64,000 bases of DNA, taken from the NCBI GenBank assembly GCA_050331015.1, contig JBHJHH010000032.1:6002-70001 (forward strand), written 5' to 3'. The notes below the pieces were generated by a model. That model had not been told where the DNA came from. It did not search any database and worked only from the letters and a program-made list of their open reading frames with translations. The position numbers and the translations under genes were made by a program. The DNA is from Geminicoccaceae bacterium. Its GTDB lineage: Bacteria; Pseudomonadota; Alphaproteobacteria; Geminicoccales; Geminicoccaceae. Below, one piece after another: positions 34,653 through 44,610 of this stretch; within the stretch, counting starts at the first letter, position 1; each line of letters opens with the position of its first letter.

Positions 34653-35855
34653 TTACGACCTCTGCGCGCTGTCGGCGGAGGCGCTGGCGGCACCTTCGCT
34701 GGCGGATGACGGGGTCAGGCCGCCACCGCCATCCTCGGGCGCTTCGGCGGCGTCATAGGTGATCTCCTGGCCGGGGCGCAGGCGCTCATTGCCGCGCACG
34801 ACCACCAGCTCGCCCGGCTCGAGCCCCTCGACGACCTCGAAGCGGCCGCCGAGCGCTTCACCGATTTCCACCTCGCGCGGCGTCGCCTCGCCATCGGCGG
34901 CGACGAACACCATCGAGCCGCCCGGGCGGTTGATCACGGCATCCTTGGCGACCGAGACGATGTCGCGCGGGGCGGCGATCGGCAGCATCAAGGTGGCGCT
35001 CTGGCCGGTGGCGAGTGGCTTGGCGACGTCGCCAAACCGCGGATCGAAGCGCACCGCGCGCGTGCGCGTCAACGGGTTTTCCTCCGGCAGGATGGCGCGC
35101 ACGGAGGCGTCATGCGCGGTGTCGTCATCAAGCCGGAAGGTGACGTCGGTGGTTTCGCTCAGCGCCGCGATCAGGTTGCTGGTGACGTCCGCCTCGATCT
35201 CGAGGTTGGTGTCATCGACCAGGGTGACGACGTCATCGCCGATGCGCACATAGTCGCCGGCCGCGACCGCGCGCAACGTGACCACGCCGGGAAACGGCGC
35301 GCGCACGGTGGCATCGGTCAAATCGCGCTCGGTGCGGCGCAAGCGGGCTTGGGCGCGATTGACCAGGACGGAGGCGGCTGCCAGGCGGGCGCGGGCGACG
35401 GTGATCTCGTTAGCCTTGTCCTGCAGCGCGGCCGCCGAGAACGCCGCCGAGCCTTGCAGGCGGGAGATGCGCGCCTGCTCGTCTTCCAACGAGGCGATCA
35501 AGGCCTCGTTCTCGCGCACGGCGGCCTGCGCGCTCTTCAGATCGGCCTCGGCCAGGTCGCGATCGATGCGCAGGCGGGTTTCATCGATGCGCGCCAGCGG
35601 ATCGCCGGCCTCGACCCGGTCACCGACGAGCACCTCGATCTCGGCAATCGCGCCTTCGATCTGCGCCGCCACCGGCCCGGCCTGACGCGCGACCAGCCGG
35701 CCCAGCACCGGCGTCGTCTGGGAGAGCGGTTCGAGGCGCACGCGATCGACGCCGACGGCCGACGGGCCGCCCTGCTGCGCCTGCGCAACGTCCGACACCG
35801 AAACCACACAGGCCCATGCAAAGCTGGCGATGAGCGCCAGAGCAGCCACTCGCAT
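34653..35855 (-). CDS. RND efflux periplasmic adaptor (membrane fusion protein)
   Basis: Signal peptide, a coiled-coil hairpin flanked by lipoyl/beta-barrel segments, immediately upstream of the RND gene. Internal ATG 35855. Confidence 0.85.
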   Translation of the reverse strand: MRVAALALIASFAWACVVSVSDVAQAQQGGPSAVGVDRVRLEPLSQTTPVLGRLVARQAGPVAAQIEGAIAEIEVLVGDRVEAGDPLARIDETRLRIDRDLAEADLKSAQAAVRENEALIASLEDEQARISRLQGSAAFSAAALQDKANEITVARARLAAASVLVNRAQARLRRTERDLTDATVRAPFPGVVTLRAVAAGDYVRIGDDVVTLVDDTNLEIEADVTSNLIAALSETTDVTFRLDDDTAHDASVRAILPEENPLTRTRAVRFDPRFGDVAKPLATGQSATLMLPIAAPRDIVSVAKDAVINRPGGSMVFVAADGEATPREVEIGEALGGRFEVVEGLEPGELVVVRGNERLRPGQEITYDAAEAPEDGGGGLTPSSASEGAASASADSAQRS

Positions 35856-36204
35856 TGCGCTCTCCTTTGACACAATCTCACGCGCCCGATACACCGCCTG
35901 TCTACGGGCTGGGCGAGCCCCATTCGGTACGCGTGACGGCGCATGGCCCGCGGGCGGCAGCGCACGAATCGACGAACGATCCGCACCTACCCGTCGGCAT
36001 CACCGTTTGGTAATGTTGCTCCGGTGGCCATGAGGTCAAGCATTGCGTGTTGTGCGCCGGGCAAGGCTGAGGTGCGCGTGCGTCACCTGTACCGGAGTGT
36101 GGCTTCGATAAATGACGGTTGTGTTGCCATGGTATCGTGTGAACAACGCGTTGGTGCAGCCGGCCGGGCGCGGTGGCTTTCACTGACACGATAAAGGACG
36201 ACAC

Positions 36205-37200
36205 ATGGCCGTCATGGTCACCGGGGTGGCCGGGTTCATCGGCGCTCACGTTGCCAGGGCGCTGCGCGCACGCGGCGACGCCGTCATCGGCATCGACAAT
36301 CTCAACGCCTATTACGACCCGGCCCTGAAGCAGGCCCGTCTGGCGCAGTTCGAGGGCGATGCCGGCTTCACCTTCGCCCAGGTCGACATCGCCGATCGCA
36401 CGGCCATGACCGATCTGGCGGCGCGCCACGGCGGCGAGATCACCGGCGTCGTCCATCTGGCCGCGCAGGCCGGCGTGCGCCACTCGCTGAAACAGCCGTT
36501 CGATTACGTGCACAGCAACCTGATCGGCCACATGGTCGTGCTCGAGCTGTGCCGCCAGGCCATGCCCAGACTGCAACATCTCGTCTATGCCAGCTCGTCC
36601 TCGGTCTATGGCGGCAATGACAAGGTGCCGTTTTCGGTCGAGGACCGGGTCGATCACCCGATCTCGCTCTATGCCGCCACCAAGCGTGCCGATGAGCTGA
36701 TGAGCGAAGCCTACGCCCATCTCTACCGCATCCCGAGCACCGGCTTGCGCTATTTCACCGTCTACGGTCCCTGGGGCCGCCCGGACATGGCGGCCTATTT
36801 GTTCGCCCGCGCGATCCTCGCCGGCGAGCCGATCCGCTTGTTCAATCACGGGCGCATGCACCGCGATTTCACCTATATCGACGACATCGTCGCCGGCACC
36901 CTGGCCGCCCTCGACCGGCCGCCGCGCGATGACGGCAGCACGCCGCCGCACCGGCTGTACAATCTCGGCAACAACCGCACCGAAGAGCTGCAGCGCTTCG
37001 TCGGCGTGCTCGAAGACGCGCTCGGCATCGCCGCGATCAAGACCTATGAGGACATCCAGCCGGGCGACGTCCAACGCACCTTTGCCGACATCGACGCCAG
37101 CAAGCGCGATCTCGGCTACGACCCGCGCACGACCATCGATGTCGGCATTCCGCGCTTCGTCGACTGGTTCAAGAGCTATCACCAGAGCCGGGCCGCCTGA
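36205..37200 (+). CDS. NAD-dependent nucleotide-sugar epimerase (UDP-glucuronate 4-epimerase-like)
   Basis: Motifs VTGVAGFIGAHV and catalytic YAATKRA. 331 aa. Confidence 0.85.
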   Translation: MAVMVTGVAGFIGAHVARALRARGDAVIGIDNLNAYYDPALKQARLAQFEGDAGFTFAQVDIADRTAMTDLAARHGGEITGVVHLAAQAGVRHSLKQPFDYVHSNLIGHMVVLELCRQAMPRLQHLVYASSSSVYGGNDKVPFSVEDRVDHPISLYAATKRADELMSEAYAHLYRIPSTGLRYFTVYGPWGRPDMAAYLFARAILAGEPIRLFNHGRMHRDFTYIDDIVAGTLAALDRPPRDDGSTPPHRLYNLGNNRTEELQRFVGVLEDALGIAAIKTYEDIQPGDVQRTFADIDASKRDLGYDPRTTIDVGIPRFVDWFKSYHQSRAA

Positions 37201-37232
37201 ACTGGGCCGCCTGAGATCGGCCGCCTGAGATC
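37190..37232. repeat. Triplicated GGCCGCCTGA motif at the epimerase stop codon (two exact 14-nt tandem units plus a third partial copy)
   Basis: gGGCCGCCTGA occurs at 37190-37200 and contains the stop TGA. GGCCGCCTGAGATC then follows twice, at 37205-37218 and 37219-37232. Confidence 0.7.
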
Positions 37233-37285
37233 GGTGCGCTGCGGCCGCTTTCGCGCGCATCGGCATTCATGCTAAACGCCCGGCC

Positions 37286-39154
37286 ATGTTGCACCTGAAC
37301 GACGTCACCGTGCGCCTGGGCGGCCGGGCGATCCTCCAGCACGCCTCGCTGCATCTGCCGGCCGGCCAGCGGGTGGGCCTGGTCGGGCGCAATGGTGCCG
37401 GCAAGTCGACCCTGCTCCGGCTGATCACCGGCAGCCTGCAGCCGGATGCGGGCGAGGTGCGCCTGCGCAGCGGCATCCGCATGGGCCATGTCGCCCAGGA
37501 AGCGCCCGGCGGGCCGACCACGCCGCTGCACGCCGTGCTCGAGGCCGATACTGAGCGCACCGCGCTCTTGCAAGAAGCCGAAACGACCACCGATCCCGGC
37601 CGAATCGGCGAGGTGCAGACCCGGCTGGCGGAGATCGACGCGCACACCGCCGACATTCGCGCGGCGGCGATTTTGCGCGGCCTGGGCTTCGGTGACGCCA
37701 TGCAGGCCCGGCCGTTGTCGAGCTTTTCCGGCGGCTGGCGGATGCGCGTGGCGATCGCCGGCGTGCTGTTCGCCAGACCCGATTTCCTGTTGCTCGACGA
37801 GCCGACCAATCACCTCGATCTGGAAGCCTCGACCTGGCTGCAGGAGCACCTGAAGAGCTATCCCTACACGCTTTTGCTGGTCAGCCACGACCGGGACCTT
37901 TTGAACGCCGTGCCGGAGCGCATCGTCCATCTGCACCAGGGCACGACGACGCTCTATGCCGGCAATTACGACAGTTTCGAGCAGACCCGCCGGGCCAAGC
38001 TCGAGCTCATGGAAAAGCACCGCGTCAAGGTCGAGGCCCAGCGCAAACACATGCAGGCCTTCGTCGATCGCTTCCGCTACAAGGCCTCCAAGGCGAAGCA
38101 GGCGCAAAGCCGGCTGAAAATGCTCGCCAGGCTCGAGCCGGTCAGCGCCGTGGTCGACGATCCGAGCATCAGCCTGGCCTTTCCCGCCACCGAGGTGCCG
38201 CCGCCGCCCCTGATCACCATGAACCAGGTCAGCGTCGGCTATGGCGACACGGCCATTTTGCGCGGGCTCAACCTGCGCATCGACCCGGACGACCGCCTGG
38301 CGCTGCTGGGCGCCAACGGCAACGGCAAATCGACCTTCGCCAAGCTGATCGCCGGCCGGCTGCAGCCGATGGCGGGCGAGATCGTGCGCCCGAAAGAGCT
38401 GCGCGTCGGCCTGTTCGCCCAGCACCAGATCGAGGATCTGCAGCCCGATACCAGCGCGCTCGACCACCTGCAGGCACGCTTGCCGGACGAGCCGGTGCCC
38501 AAGCTGCGCGCCCGGCTGGCCCGCTTCGGCCTCGGCGCCGACAAGGTCGACAACCCGGCCAAGCTGCTGTCCGGCGGCGAAAAGGCCCGGCTGACCTTCG
38601 CGCTGATGAGCGCCGACAACCCGCAAGTGCTGATCCTCGATGAGCCGACCAACCATCTGGACATCGATAGCCGTCAGGCGCTGGTCGAGGCGATCAACGG
38701 CTTTCCGGGTGCGGTCATCGTCATCAGCCATGACCGCCATCTGATCGATCTGACCGCCGATCGGCTGTGGCTGGTCGAGGGCGGCAAGGTCACCGCCTAT
38801 GACGGCGATCTGGACAGCTATCGGGCGCAGCTCCTGGCCCAGCGCGACGACCGGCAGGCGGCGTCCATGCGGCCCGAGCCCGGCAAACCGGCCCAGGCGG
38901 CCAAGGGGGCGCCCAAGCGCGCCCGGCTGGCTGATCTGCGCAAGGCGGCCCGGGCGGCCGAACAACAGCTCGATCAGCTCAATGCCGAGAAAGCGGCCAT
39001 CGACGCCCGGCTGGCCGATCCGACCGCCTACGGCAATGGCGAGGACATGGCCGCTCTGGCCAAACGGGCGCAGGCCCTGGCCGATCAGCTCGAGGCGGCG
39101 GAACTGGCCTGGCTCGAGGCCGAGGACGGCCTGGAACGCGCGCTGTCCGGCTGA
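37286..39154 (+). CDS. ABC-F family ATPase (no TM domain)
   Basis: Two ABC cassettes (GRNGAGKST / GANGNGKST, LSGG signatures) with an inter-domain linker and a C-terminal coiled coil. Confidence 0.9.
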   Translation: MLHLNDVTVRLGGRAILQHASLHLPAGQRVGLVGRNGAGKSTLLRLITGSLQPDAGEVRLRSGIRMGHVAQEAPGGPTTPLHAVLEADTERTALLQEAETTTDPGRIGEVQTRLAEIDAHTADIRAAAILRGLGFGDAMQARPLSSFSGGWRMRVAIAGVLFARPDFLLLDEPTNHLDLEASTWLQEHLKSYPYTLLLVSHDRDLLNAVPERIVHLHQGTTTLYAGNYDSFEQTRRAKLELMEKHRVKVEAQRKHMQAFVDRFRYKASKAKQAQSRLKMLARLEPVSAVVDDPSISLAFPATEVPPPPLITMNQVSVGYGDTAILRGLNLRIDPDDRLALLGANGNGKSTFAKLIAGRLQPMAGEIVRPKELRVGLFAQHQIEDLQPDTSALDHLQARLPDEPVPKLRARLARFGLGADKVDNPAKLLSGGEKARLTFALMSADNPQVLILDEPTNHLDIDSRQALVEAINGFPGAVIVISHDRHLIDLTADRLWLVEGGKVTAYDGDLDSYRAQLLAQRDDRQAASMRPEPGKPAQAAKGAPKRARLADLRKAARAAEQQLDQLNAEKAAIDARLADPTAYGNGEDMAALAKRAQALADQLEAAELAWLEAEDGLERALSG

Positions 39155-39414
39155 TCGCCGCGCGCCAGCGGGCAGGCCTCGCCGGTGAACTGCCAGGAGG
39201 TGTTGTTCAAGACCATGGTGCAGCAGGCCTGTGCGCTCTTGCTGCCGATGGTCAGGCAGCGGCACTGGCCGAGCGCGACGTCGCGCCCTTGATAGCGGCA
39301 CGAGCAGTCCGGCGGCAGCGCCTCTTGTGCCAAAAGCGGCGCGGCCGCGAGCAGGGCGAGCACGAGCGCGCCAGCAAAGCAGCGGCCGCTTCGTGCCATT
39401 GCACAGCCCTTCAT
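39085..39414 (-). CDS. Small secreted Cys-rich hypothetical protein
   Basis: Signal peptide (FAGALVLALLAAAPLLAQE), then 7 Cys in about 55 aa. Third-position GC is high, like real genes. The 3' 70 nt overlap the convergent ABC-F gene. Start could be 39429, 39414 or 39399. Confidence 0.45.
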   Translation of the reverse strand: MKGCAMARSGRCFAGALVLALLAAAPLLAQEALPPDCSCRYQGRDVALGQCRCLTIGSKSAQACCTMVLNNTSWQFTGEACPLARGDQPDSARSRPSSASSQASSAASS

Positions 39415-39510
39415 GGCAGCGCCCTCCAAGGGTCGGCCCGGAGCGGCGATCCTAACCCGCGGGCGTGCCCGCTGTCACGTCGATGTGGGCAGAACCCGGC
39501 CGAGCGGCCC

Positions 39511-39535
39511 GGTGCGCTGCCTAGGGTGCGCTGCC
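39511..39535. repeat. Tandem 11-nt direct repeat (period 14) just downstream of ppa
   Basis: GGTGCGCTGCC-tag-GGTGCGCTGCC. The related 10-mer GGTGCGCTGC also occurs at 37233-37242. Confidence 0.6.
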
Positions 39536-39541
39536 GAGCGC

Positions 39542-40090
39542 CTAGCCGGCGTTCTTTTCTTTGTCTTTCTTGAAGCGCTCGATCGCCTCGTTGATCAGGC
39601 GATAGGCCTCGTCCGGCCCCTGCCAGGAACCGACGCGCACCCATTTCTCCGGCTCGAGATCCTTGTAGTGCTCAAAGAAGTGCTGGATGCGCTGCAGGTC
39701 GATCTCCGGCAGATCGGTGTAGGTATGGATCTTGTCGTAGATGCGCGTGATCTTGTGCACCGGCACGGCGAGGATCTTTTCGTCGCCGCCGGCCTCATCT
39801 TCGAGTTCGAGCACGCCGACCGGGCGCGCCGCCATGACCGCACCGGCCTGGATCGGCATGCGGCCGACGACCATGACGTCGACCGGGTCGCCGTCATCGG
39901 CCAGCGTGTGCGGGATAAAGCCGTAATTACACGGGTAGAACATGGTCGTGTACAGGATGCGGTGGACGAACACGGCGCCGGTGTCTTTGTCGACCTCGTA
40001 CTTCACCGGGTCCGAGCGCAGCGGCACCTCGATCACGACATTGATTTCTTCAGGCGGTTTCTTGCCGATGGGGATGAAGTCGAGATCCAT
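39542..40090 (-). CDS. ppa: Inorganic pyrophosphatase (family I)
   Basis: 182 aa with motifs VIEVP..S..KYE, YP.NYGFIP.T, DGDP.D and K.LAV. Confidence 0.95.
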   Translation of the reverse strand: MDLDFIPIGKKPPEEINVVIEVPLRSDPVKYEVDKDTGAVFVHRILYTTMFYPCNYGFIPHTLADDGDPVDVMVVGRMPIQAGAVMAARPVGVLELEDEAGGDEKILAVPVHKITRIYDKIHTYTDLPEIDLQRIQHFFEHYKDLEPEKWVRVGSWQGPDEAYRLINEAIERFKKDKEKNAG

Positions 40091-40224
40091 GGGTTATGCT
40101 CGCTGCTGGGAAGATCGAAGGGCATTAGCGCTTGGCGATGTACCAGAGCCTGCACCGGCTGTCCCTCGACCGGTCGTCGCATCCCCGCTCAAGCAGCGCG
40201 CAGCGCGCTAGCTGCAGGCGCGCT

Positions 40225-41088
40225 TTACGGCCAGGCGACCAGCGGCGGCAGCGACATCAAGATAGCGTCCGGATTGCCGCCGGTTTCCAGGCCAAAGCGC
40301 GTGCCACGATCATAGACCAGGTTGTATTCGACATAGCGGCCGCGGCGAAACAGCTGCAGATCGCGCTCGCGCTCGTCCCAGGGCGTGTGCATGCGCTGGC
40401 GCACGATCTGCGGATAGATGTCGAGGAAGGCTTCGCCGACGGCGCGGGTGAAGGCGAAGTCGGCCTCGAAGTCGCCGCTTTCGAGATAATCGTAGAAGAT
40501 GCCGCCGACGCCGCGCGGCTCGTTGCGGTGCTTGATCCAGAAGTAATCGTCGGCCCAGGCCTTGAATTTTTCGTAATAGTTCGGGCTGAACTGATCGCAG
40601 GTCGCTTGCAGGCGGGCGTGGAAGGCGGCGGTGTCCTGCTCGTACTCGATGATCGGGTTGAGATCGGCGCCGCCGCCGAACCAGACCTTGCTCGTGACAA
40701 TGTGCCGCGTGTTCATGTGCACCGGCGGCACGTGCGGGTTGCGCGGGTGGATGACCAGCGAGATGCCCGAGGCCCAGAAACTCGGATCGATGTCGGCGCC
40801 GGGGATCTGCGCGGCGAACTTGTCGGAAAACTCGCCGTAGACGGTCGAGATGTTGACGCCGGCTTTTTCGAACACGCGGCCCTCGCGCATCAGGCCCATG
40901 ACGCCGCCGCCGCCGCCGTCGCGCTGCCAGGACTGGCGCTCGAACGCGCCGAACGGCAGCTCGCTGCCCTGGCCTTCCGTGTATTCGTCCTCGATATCCT
41001 CGAGCGCTTTGTGGATCCGATCGCGCAGTTCCTCGAACCAGGCCCGCGCGCGCTCCTGGCGCTCGGTGATCGGCAAGGCGACGGACAT
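40225..41088 (-). CDS. hemF: Oxygen-dependent coproporphyrinogen III oxidase
   Basis: Collinear with HemF along its length (SWQRDGGGGG, VFEKAGVN, HPRNPHVP, WFGGGADL, YFWIKHRNE.RG.GGIF.D, RRGRYVEYNLV.DRGT.FGL). Confidence 0.9.
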   Translation of the reverse strand: MSVALPITERQERARAWFEELRDRIHKALEDIEDEYTEGQGSELPFGAFERQSWQRDGGGGGVMGLMREGRVFEKAGVNISTVYGEFSDKFAAQIPGADIDPSFWASGISLVIHPRNPHVPPVHMNTRHIVTSKVWFGGGADLNPIIEYEQDTAAFHARLQATCDQFSPNYYEKFKAWADDYFWIKHRNEPRGVGGIFYDYLESGDFEADFAFTRAVGEAFLDIYPQIVRQRMHTPWDERERDLQLFRRGRYVEYNLVYDRGTRFGLETGGNPDAILMSLPPLVAWP

Positions 41089-41188
41089 CGGCGATTCCTC
41101 CTCGAAGCCGGCAGCGGCAACACCGGTTGTCGCGCGCTGAGCGTACCGCGCAAGCCAATTCGGCGGCGCCGGCGGATAAACTTAAGGT

Positions 41189-41701
41189 TTAATCAAGCTC
41201 GGCAAAACCATCGCATTGGCGCAGGGCCTCGCCCAGGACCATGGCCGCGGCGGTGACCAGGTTGAGCGAGCGCAGGCCGCGCTTCAAGGGAATGCGCAGG
41301 CGCAGATCGGCGCGTTCATGGACGAGGTCGGGCACGCCGGCGCTCTCCTGGCCGAATAGCAGCATGTCGTCGGCGCAAAGCGACGCGGCGGTATAGGCCG
41401 TCTGCGCCTTGGTGGTGAGCAGGACCAGGCGACGGTTCGCGCCGGCCAGGGTCGCGTCGAAAGCGGCGTAGCTGGTATGACGGACGAGCGCTGTGTGACC
41501 GTAATAGTCCAGCGCGGTGCGCTTCAGGCGGCGCGGATCGAACGGGAAGCCGCACGGCTCGATGATGTGTAAGGTGACGTCCAGACAGGCGCACATGCGC
41601 ATGGCGGCGCCGACATTGGCCGCCTGATCCGGCTGGTACAGCGCCAGCGCCGGCCGGCCGCGGCCGCACCTCGCTGTCGGCTTTGATGCATTTTCAAGCA
41701 T
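41189..41701 (-). CDS. trmL: SpoU/TrmL-type tRNA (cytidine/uridine-2'-O)-methyltransferase
   Basis: Collinear with TrmL/YibK (LYQP..AANVGA..R.C....TLHIIEP.GF......LKR..LDY, FG.E..G.P, SLN). The start is uncertain (41701 or 41761). Confidence 0.75.
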   Translation of the reverse strand: MLENASKPTARCGRGRPALALYQPDQAANVGAAMRMCACLDVTLHIIEPCGFPFDPRRLKRTALDYYGHTALVRHTSYAAFDATLAGANRRLVLLTTKAQTAYTAASLCADDMLLFGQESAGVPDLVHERADLRLRIPLKRGLRSLNLVTAAAMVLGEALRQCDGFAELD

Positions 41702-41831
41702 TTGTGGCAGCACTTGGAAGGGCACTTGCGACAACAAGCCCTTGGCCGGGGACATATTCACCTCTTGTCCATCGACGACTGGGCCGTAGGTTGCGCTCTG
41801 TGTTGGAATTTCCGGTCAGAAAGGTGTGACC

Positions 41832-42380
41832 ATGGCCGAAAGCACGGTCAAGCAGGACGGCTCGGGCAACGGTTCGCGTCGTGACTTTCTTTACCTCGCG
41901 ACCGCGACCACGGCTGCTGCGGGAACGGTGGCGATCGTCTGGCCGCTGGTCGATCAGATGAACCCGGCTGCGAACGTCCTGGCGCTGGCGTCAACCGAAG
42001 TCGATCTCAGCCCGATCGAGCAAGGCATGGGCGTGACCGTGGTGTGGCGCGGCAAACCGGTCTTCGTGCGCCATCGCACCGAGCAGGAGATTGAATCGGC
42101 GCGGGCCGATGACGGCGCGCGCATGCCGGACCCAGTGCCGGATGCCGATCGCGTCGAAAAGCCCGACTGGCTGGTCGTCGTCGGCATCTGCACCCATCTT
42201 GGTTGCGTGCCGTTGGGCACGAAAGAAGGTGAAGCGCGCGGTGACTACGGTGGTTGGTTCTGCCCGTGCCACGGCTCGCACTACGACAATTCCGGTCGTA
42301 TCCGCAAAGGCCCAGCACCGCTCAACCTTGAGGTGCCGCCTTACGTCTTCTTGGACGATGCGCGGATTCAGATCGGCTGA
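41832..42380 (+). CDS. petA: Ubiquinol-cytochrome c reductase Rieske iron-sulfur subunit
   Basis: Tat-like RRDFL, then Rieske boxes CTHLGC and CPCHGS. ATG 41832 follows an AAAGG RBS, with ORF-track GTG 41826 as the alternative. Confidence 0.9.
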   Translation: MAESTVKQDGSGNGSRRDFLYLATATTAAAGTVAIVWPLVDQMNPAANVLALASTEVDLSPIEQGMGVTVVWRGKPVFVRHRTEQEIESARADDGARMPDPVPDADRVEKPDWLVVVGICTHLGCVPLGTKEGEARGDYGGWFCPCHGSHYDNSGRIRKGPAPLNLEVPPYVFLDDARIQIG

Positions 42381-42433
42381 CAGCGCACTCAGATCGGGCA
42401 TGTTTCCGGTCTTGCGAAAAGGAGCATAGCTCT

Positions 42434-43714
42434 ATGGCTTCCGGTGAGTTCAAAAAAGCCAATTTTGGTAATCCGGTGATTGACTGGATCGATCACCGGT
42501 TGCCGGTCCTATCGACCTTGGATCACGCCATCGGCTCGAAATATCCGACGCCGAGGAACCTGAATTACTTCTGGAATTTTGGTTCGTTAGCCGGCATTGC
42601 CTTGGTCATCCAGATCGTTACCGGCATCGTTTTGGCGATGCACTATACGCCGCACGTGGACCACGCGTTCGCCAGCGTTGAACACATCATGCGTGATGTG
42701 AATTTCGGCTGGCTCTTGCGTTATGCCCATGCCAACGGCGCCTCGATGTTTTTCATCGTGGTCTACATCCACATCTTCCGCGGCCTGTACTATGGCTCTT
42801 ACAAAGAGCCGCGCGAGCTGCTGTGGATGCTCGGCGTCGTCATCTTGCTGCTCATGATGGCGACCGCGTTCATGGGTTATGTGCTGCCTTGGGGCCAGAT
42901 GAGCTTCTGGGGTGCGACCGTGATCACCAACCTGTTCTCGGCCTTCCCGATCGTCGGTGAGCCGATCGTCACCTGGTTGTGGGGTGGCTTCTCGGTCGAC
43001 AACGCGACGCTGAACCGGTTCTACTCGCTGCACTATCTGTTGCCGTTCGTCATCGTCGGCGTTGTGTTCTTGCACATCATCGCTTTGCACGAGTTCGGTT
43101 CGAACAATCCGCTCGGCATCGATACCAAGTCGGACAAGGACACCATTCCGTTCCATCCGTACTACACGGTGAAGGATCTGTTCGGCTTCGGCGTCTTCTT
43201 CATCTTCTTCGCCGCGTTCGTGTTCTACGCGCCGAACTATTTGGGTCACCCGGACAATTACATCCCGGCCAATCCGCTGAGCACGCCGGCGCATATCGTG
43301 CCGGAATGGTACTTCCTGCCGTTCTACGCGATTTTGCGCGCGATCCCGAGCAAGCTCGGTGGCGTTATCGCCATGTTCGGCTCGATCGCGGTGCTGTTCA
43401 TTCTGCCCTGGCTCGACACGTCCAAGGTGCGCAGCACGGCCTTCCGGCCGATCTACCGGATCTTCTTCTGGATCTTGGTGGTCGACTGCCTGGCCCTCGG
43501 CTATCTCGGCGCCATGCCGGCCGAAGGCGCTTACGTCTTCTGGGCGCGGATCTGCACCTTCTACTACTTCTTCCACTTCCTGGTGCTCTTGCCGGTCCTG
43601 GGTCGCATCGAGCGGCCGCGACCGTTGCCAACCAGCATCTCGGAATCGGTTCTCGCCCGCCGTTCGCCGCCACTGGTCAGTGGCGCCGGCCCGGCCCTGC
43701 AACCGGCGGAATGA
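42434..43714 (+). CDS. petB: Cytochrome b
   Basis: 426 aa with heme-ligand His regions (RY.HANGAS.FF, HY..PF) and a [13 protein letters not shown] motif. Confidence 0.95.
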   Translation: MASGEFKKANFGNPVIDWIDHRLPVLSTLDHAIGSKYPTPRNLNYFWNFGSLAGIALVIQIVTGIVLAMHYTPHVDHAFASVEHIMRDVNFGWLLRYAHANGASMFFIVVYIHIFRGLYYGSYKEPRELLWMLGVVILLLMMATAFMGYVLPWGQMSFWGATVITNLFSAFPIVGEPIVTWLWGGFSVDNATLNRFYSLHYLLPFVIVGVVFLHIIALHEFGSNNPLGIDTKSDKDTIPFHPYYTVKDLFGFGVFFIFFAAFVFYAPNYLGHPDNYIPANPLSTPAHIVPEWYFLPFYAILRAIPSKLGGVIAMFGSIAVLFILPWLDTSKVRSTAFRPIYRIFFWILVVDCLALGYLGAMPAEGAYVFWARICTFYYFFHFLVLLPVLGRIERPRPLPTSISESVLARRSPPLVSGAGPALQPAE

Positions 43715-43721
43715 TGAGGGG

Positions 43722-44510
43722 ATGACCATGGTAACCATGCGTGCACGCACGCTCGCTTTGGCTGCGGCCGGCGCCATCTCGGCGCTGGCGGTGGCCGCCC
43801 CGGCGCAGGCTGCCGGCGAGGCCGGCCCGCTCCTGCATCACGAGTGGGAGTTCGACGGTGTCTTCGGCACCTTCAACCGCGAGTCCGCCCAGCGCGGTTA
43901 CCAGATCTATCGCGAGGTCTGTGCCGCCTGTCACTCGATGGAGTACATTGCGTTCCGCAACCTGACCGCGCTCGGCTACACGGAGGACCAGGCCAAGGCG
44001 TTCGCGGCCGAGTATCAGATCACCGACGGGCCAGACGATTATGGCGACATGTTCGAGCGGACCGCGACGCTGTCGGACTATTTCCCGTCGCCCTATCCGA
44101 ACGAGCAGGCGGCGCGTGCGGCCAATGGCGGTGCTTACCCGCCGGACCTGTCGCTGATCTCCAAGGCGCGCGGCAATGGCCCGGACTACGTCTACAGCCT
44201 GATGCAGGGGTACGTTGAGCCGGCGGGCGATGTCGAGCTGGCGCCCGGGCAGTACTACAACGAGTACTATCCCGGTCACAAAATCGCCATGCCGCAACAG
44301 CTTTGGGAAGACGGCATCACTTATATGGATGGCACGTATGCCTCCATCGAACAGCAGTCGATCGACATTGTGAACTTCTTGCACTGGGCGGCCGAGCCCA
44401 AGCTCGAGGAGCGCAAGCAGACCGGCCTGAAGGCGATGGTCTTCCTGGCGATCTTCACCGCGCTGGCCTATGCCACCTATCGCAAGGTCTGGGGTAACAT
44501 CGATCACTGA
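43722..44510 (+). CDS. petC: Cytochrome c1
   Basis: ATG 43722 follows a GAGGG RBS. It has a signal peptide, the heme motif CAACHSM and a C-terminal TM anchor. The upstream part of ORF 43359.. is out-of-frame overlap with petB. Confidence 0.9.
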   Translation: MTMVTMRARTLALAAAGAISALAVAAPAQAAGEAGPLLHHEWEFDGVFGTFNRESAQRGYQIYREVCAACHSMEYIAFRNLTALGYTEDQAKAFAAEYQITDGPDDYGDMFERTATLSDYFPSPYPNEQAARAANGGAYPPDLSLISKARGNGPDYVYSLMQGYVEPAGDVELAPGQYYNEYYPGHKIAMPQQLWEDGITYMDGTYASIEQQSIDIVNFLHWAAEPKLEERKQTGLKAMVFLAIFTALAYATYRKVWGNIDH

Positions 44511-44570
44511 CCGGTTAGCGCCTTCGCCGGTGGCTTGAGCCCGCCGGGCGAACGTTCAATGAATGTGGAT

Positions 44571-44610
44571 CAACGCCCGTTGCGGTCATCGCAGCGGGCG
44601 TTGCCTTTTG
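44571..44610 (+). terminator. Rho-independent terminator of petABC
   Basis: CAACGCCCG-(15 nt, internally paired TGCG/CGCA)-CGGGCGTTG, followed by CCTTTTG. Confidence 0.7.

Noticed and set aside
32187-34709. 840-aa plus-strand ORF opposite the RND transporter
   Set aside because: It is antisense to a clear 12-TM AcrB-family gene. The Asp/Arg/Gly/His-rich translation has no protein-like pattern.
31431-35855. Possible complete tripartite efflux system
   Set aside because: Only the adaptor and the RND transporter are present. No outer-membrane factor gene is in the operon or adjacent, so I report a two-gene module only.
37169-39301. 710-aa minus-strand ORF opposite the ABC-F gene. The same applies to 28324..30066 opposite lpdA, 27173..28549 opposite sucB, 35902..37266 opposite the epimerase and 48429..50288 opposite odc/speE.
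   Set aside because: All are antisense shadows of confidently identified genes and show the usual high-GC shadow-ORF composition.
43359-43721. Upstream extension of the cytochrome c1 ORF
   Set aside because: It overlaps the petB 3' end in another frame and has a junk translation. ATG 43722, with an RBS and signal peptide, is the sensible start.
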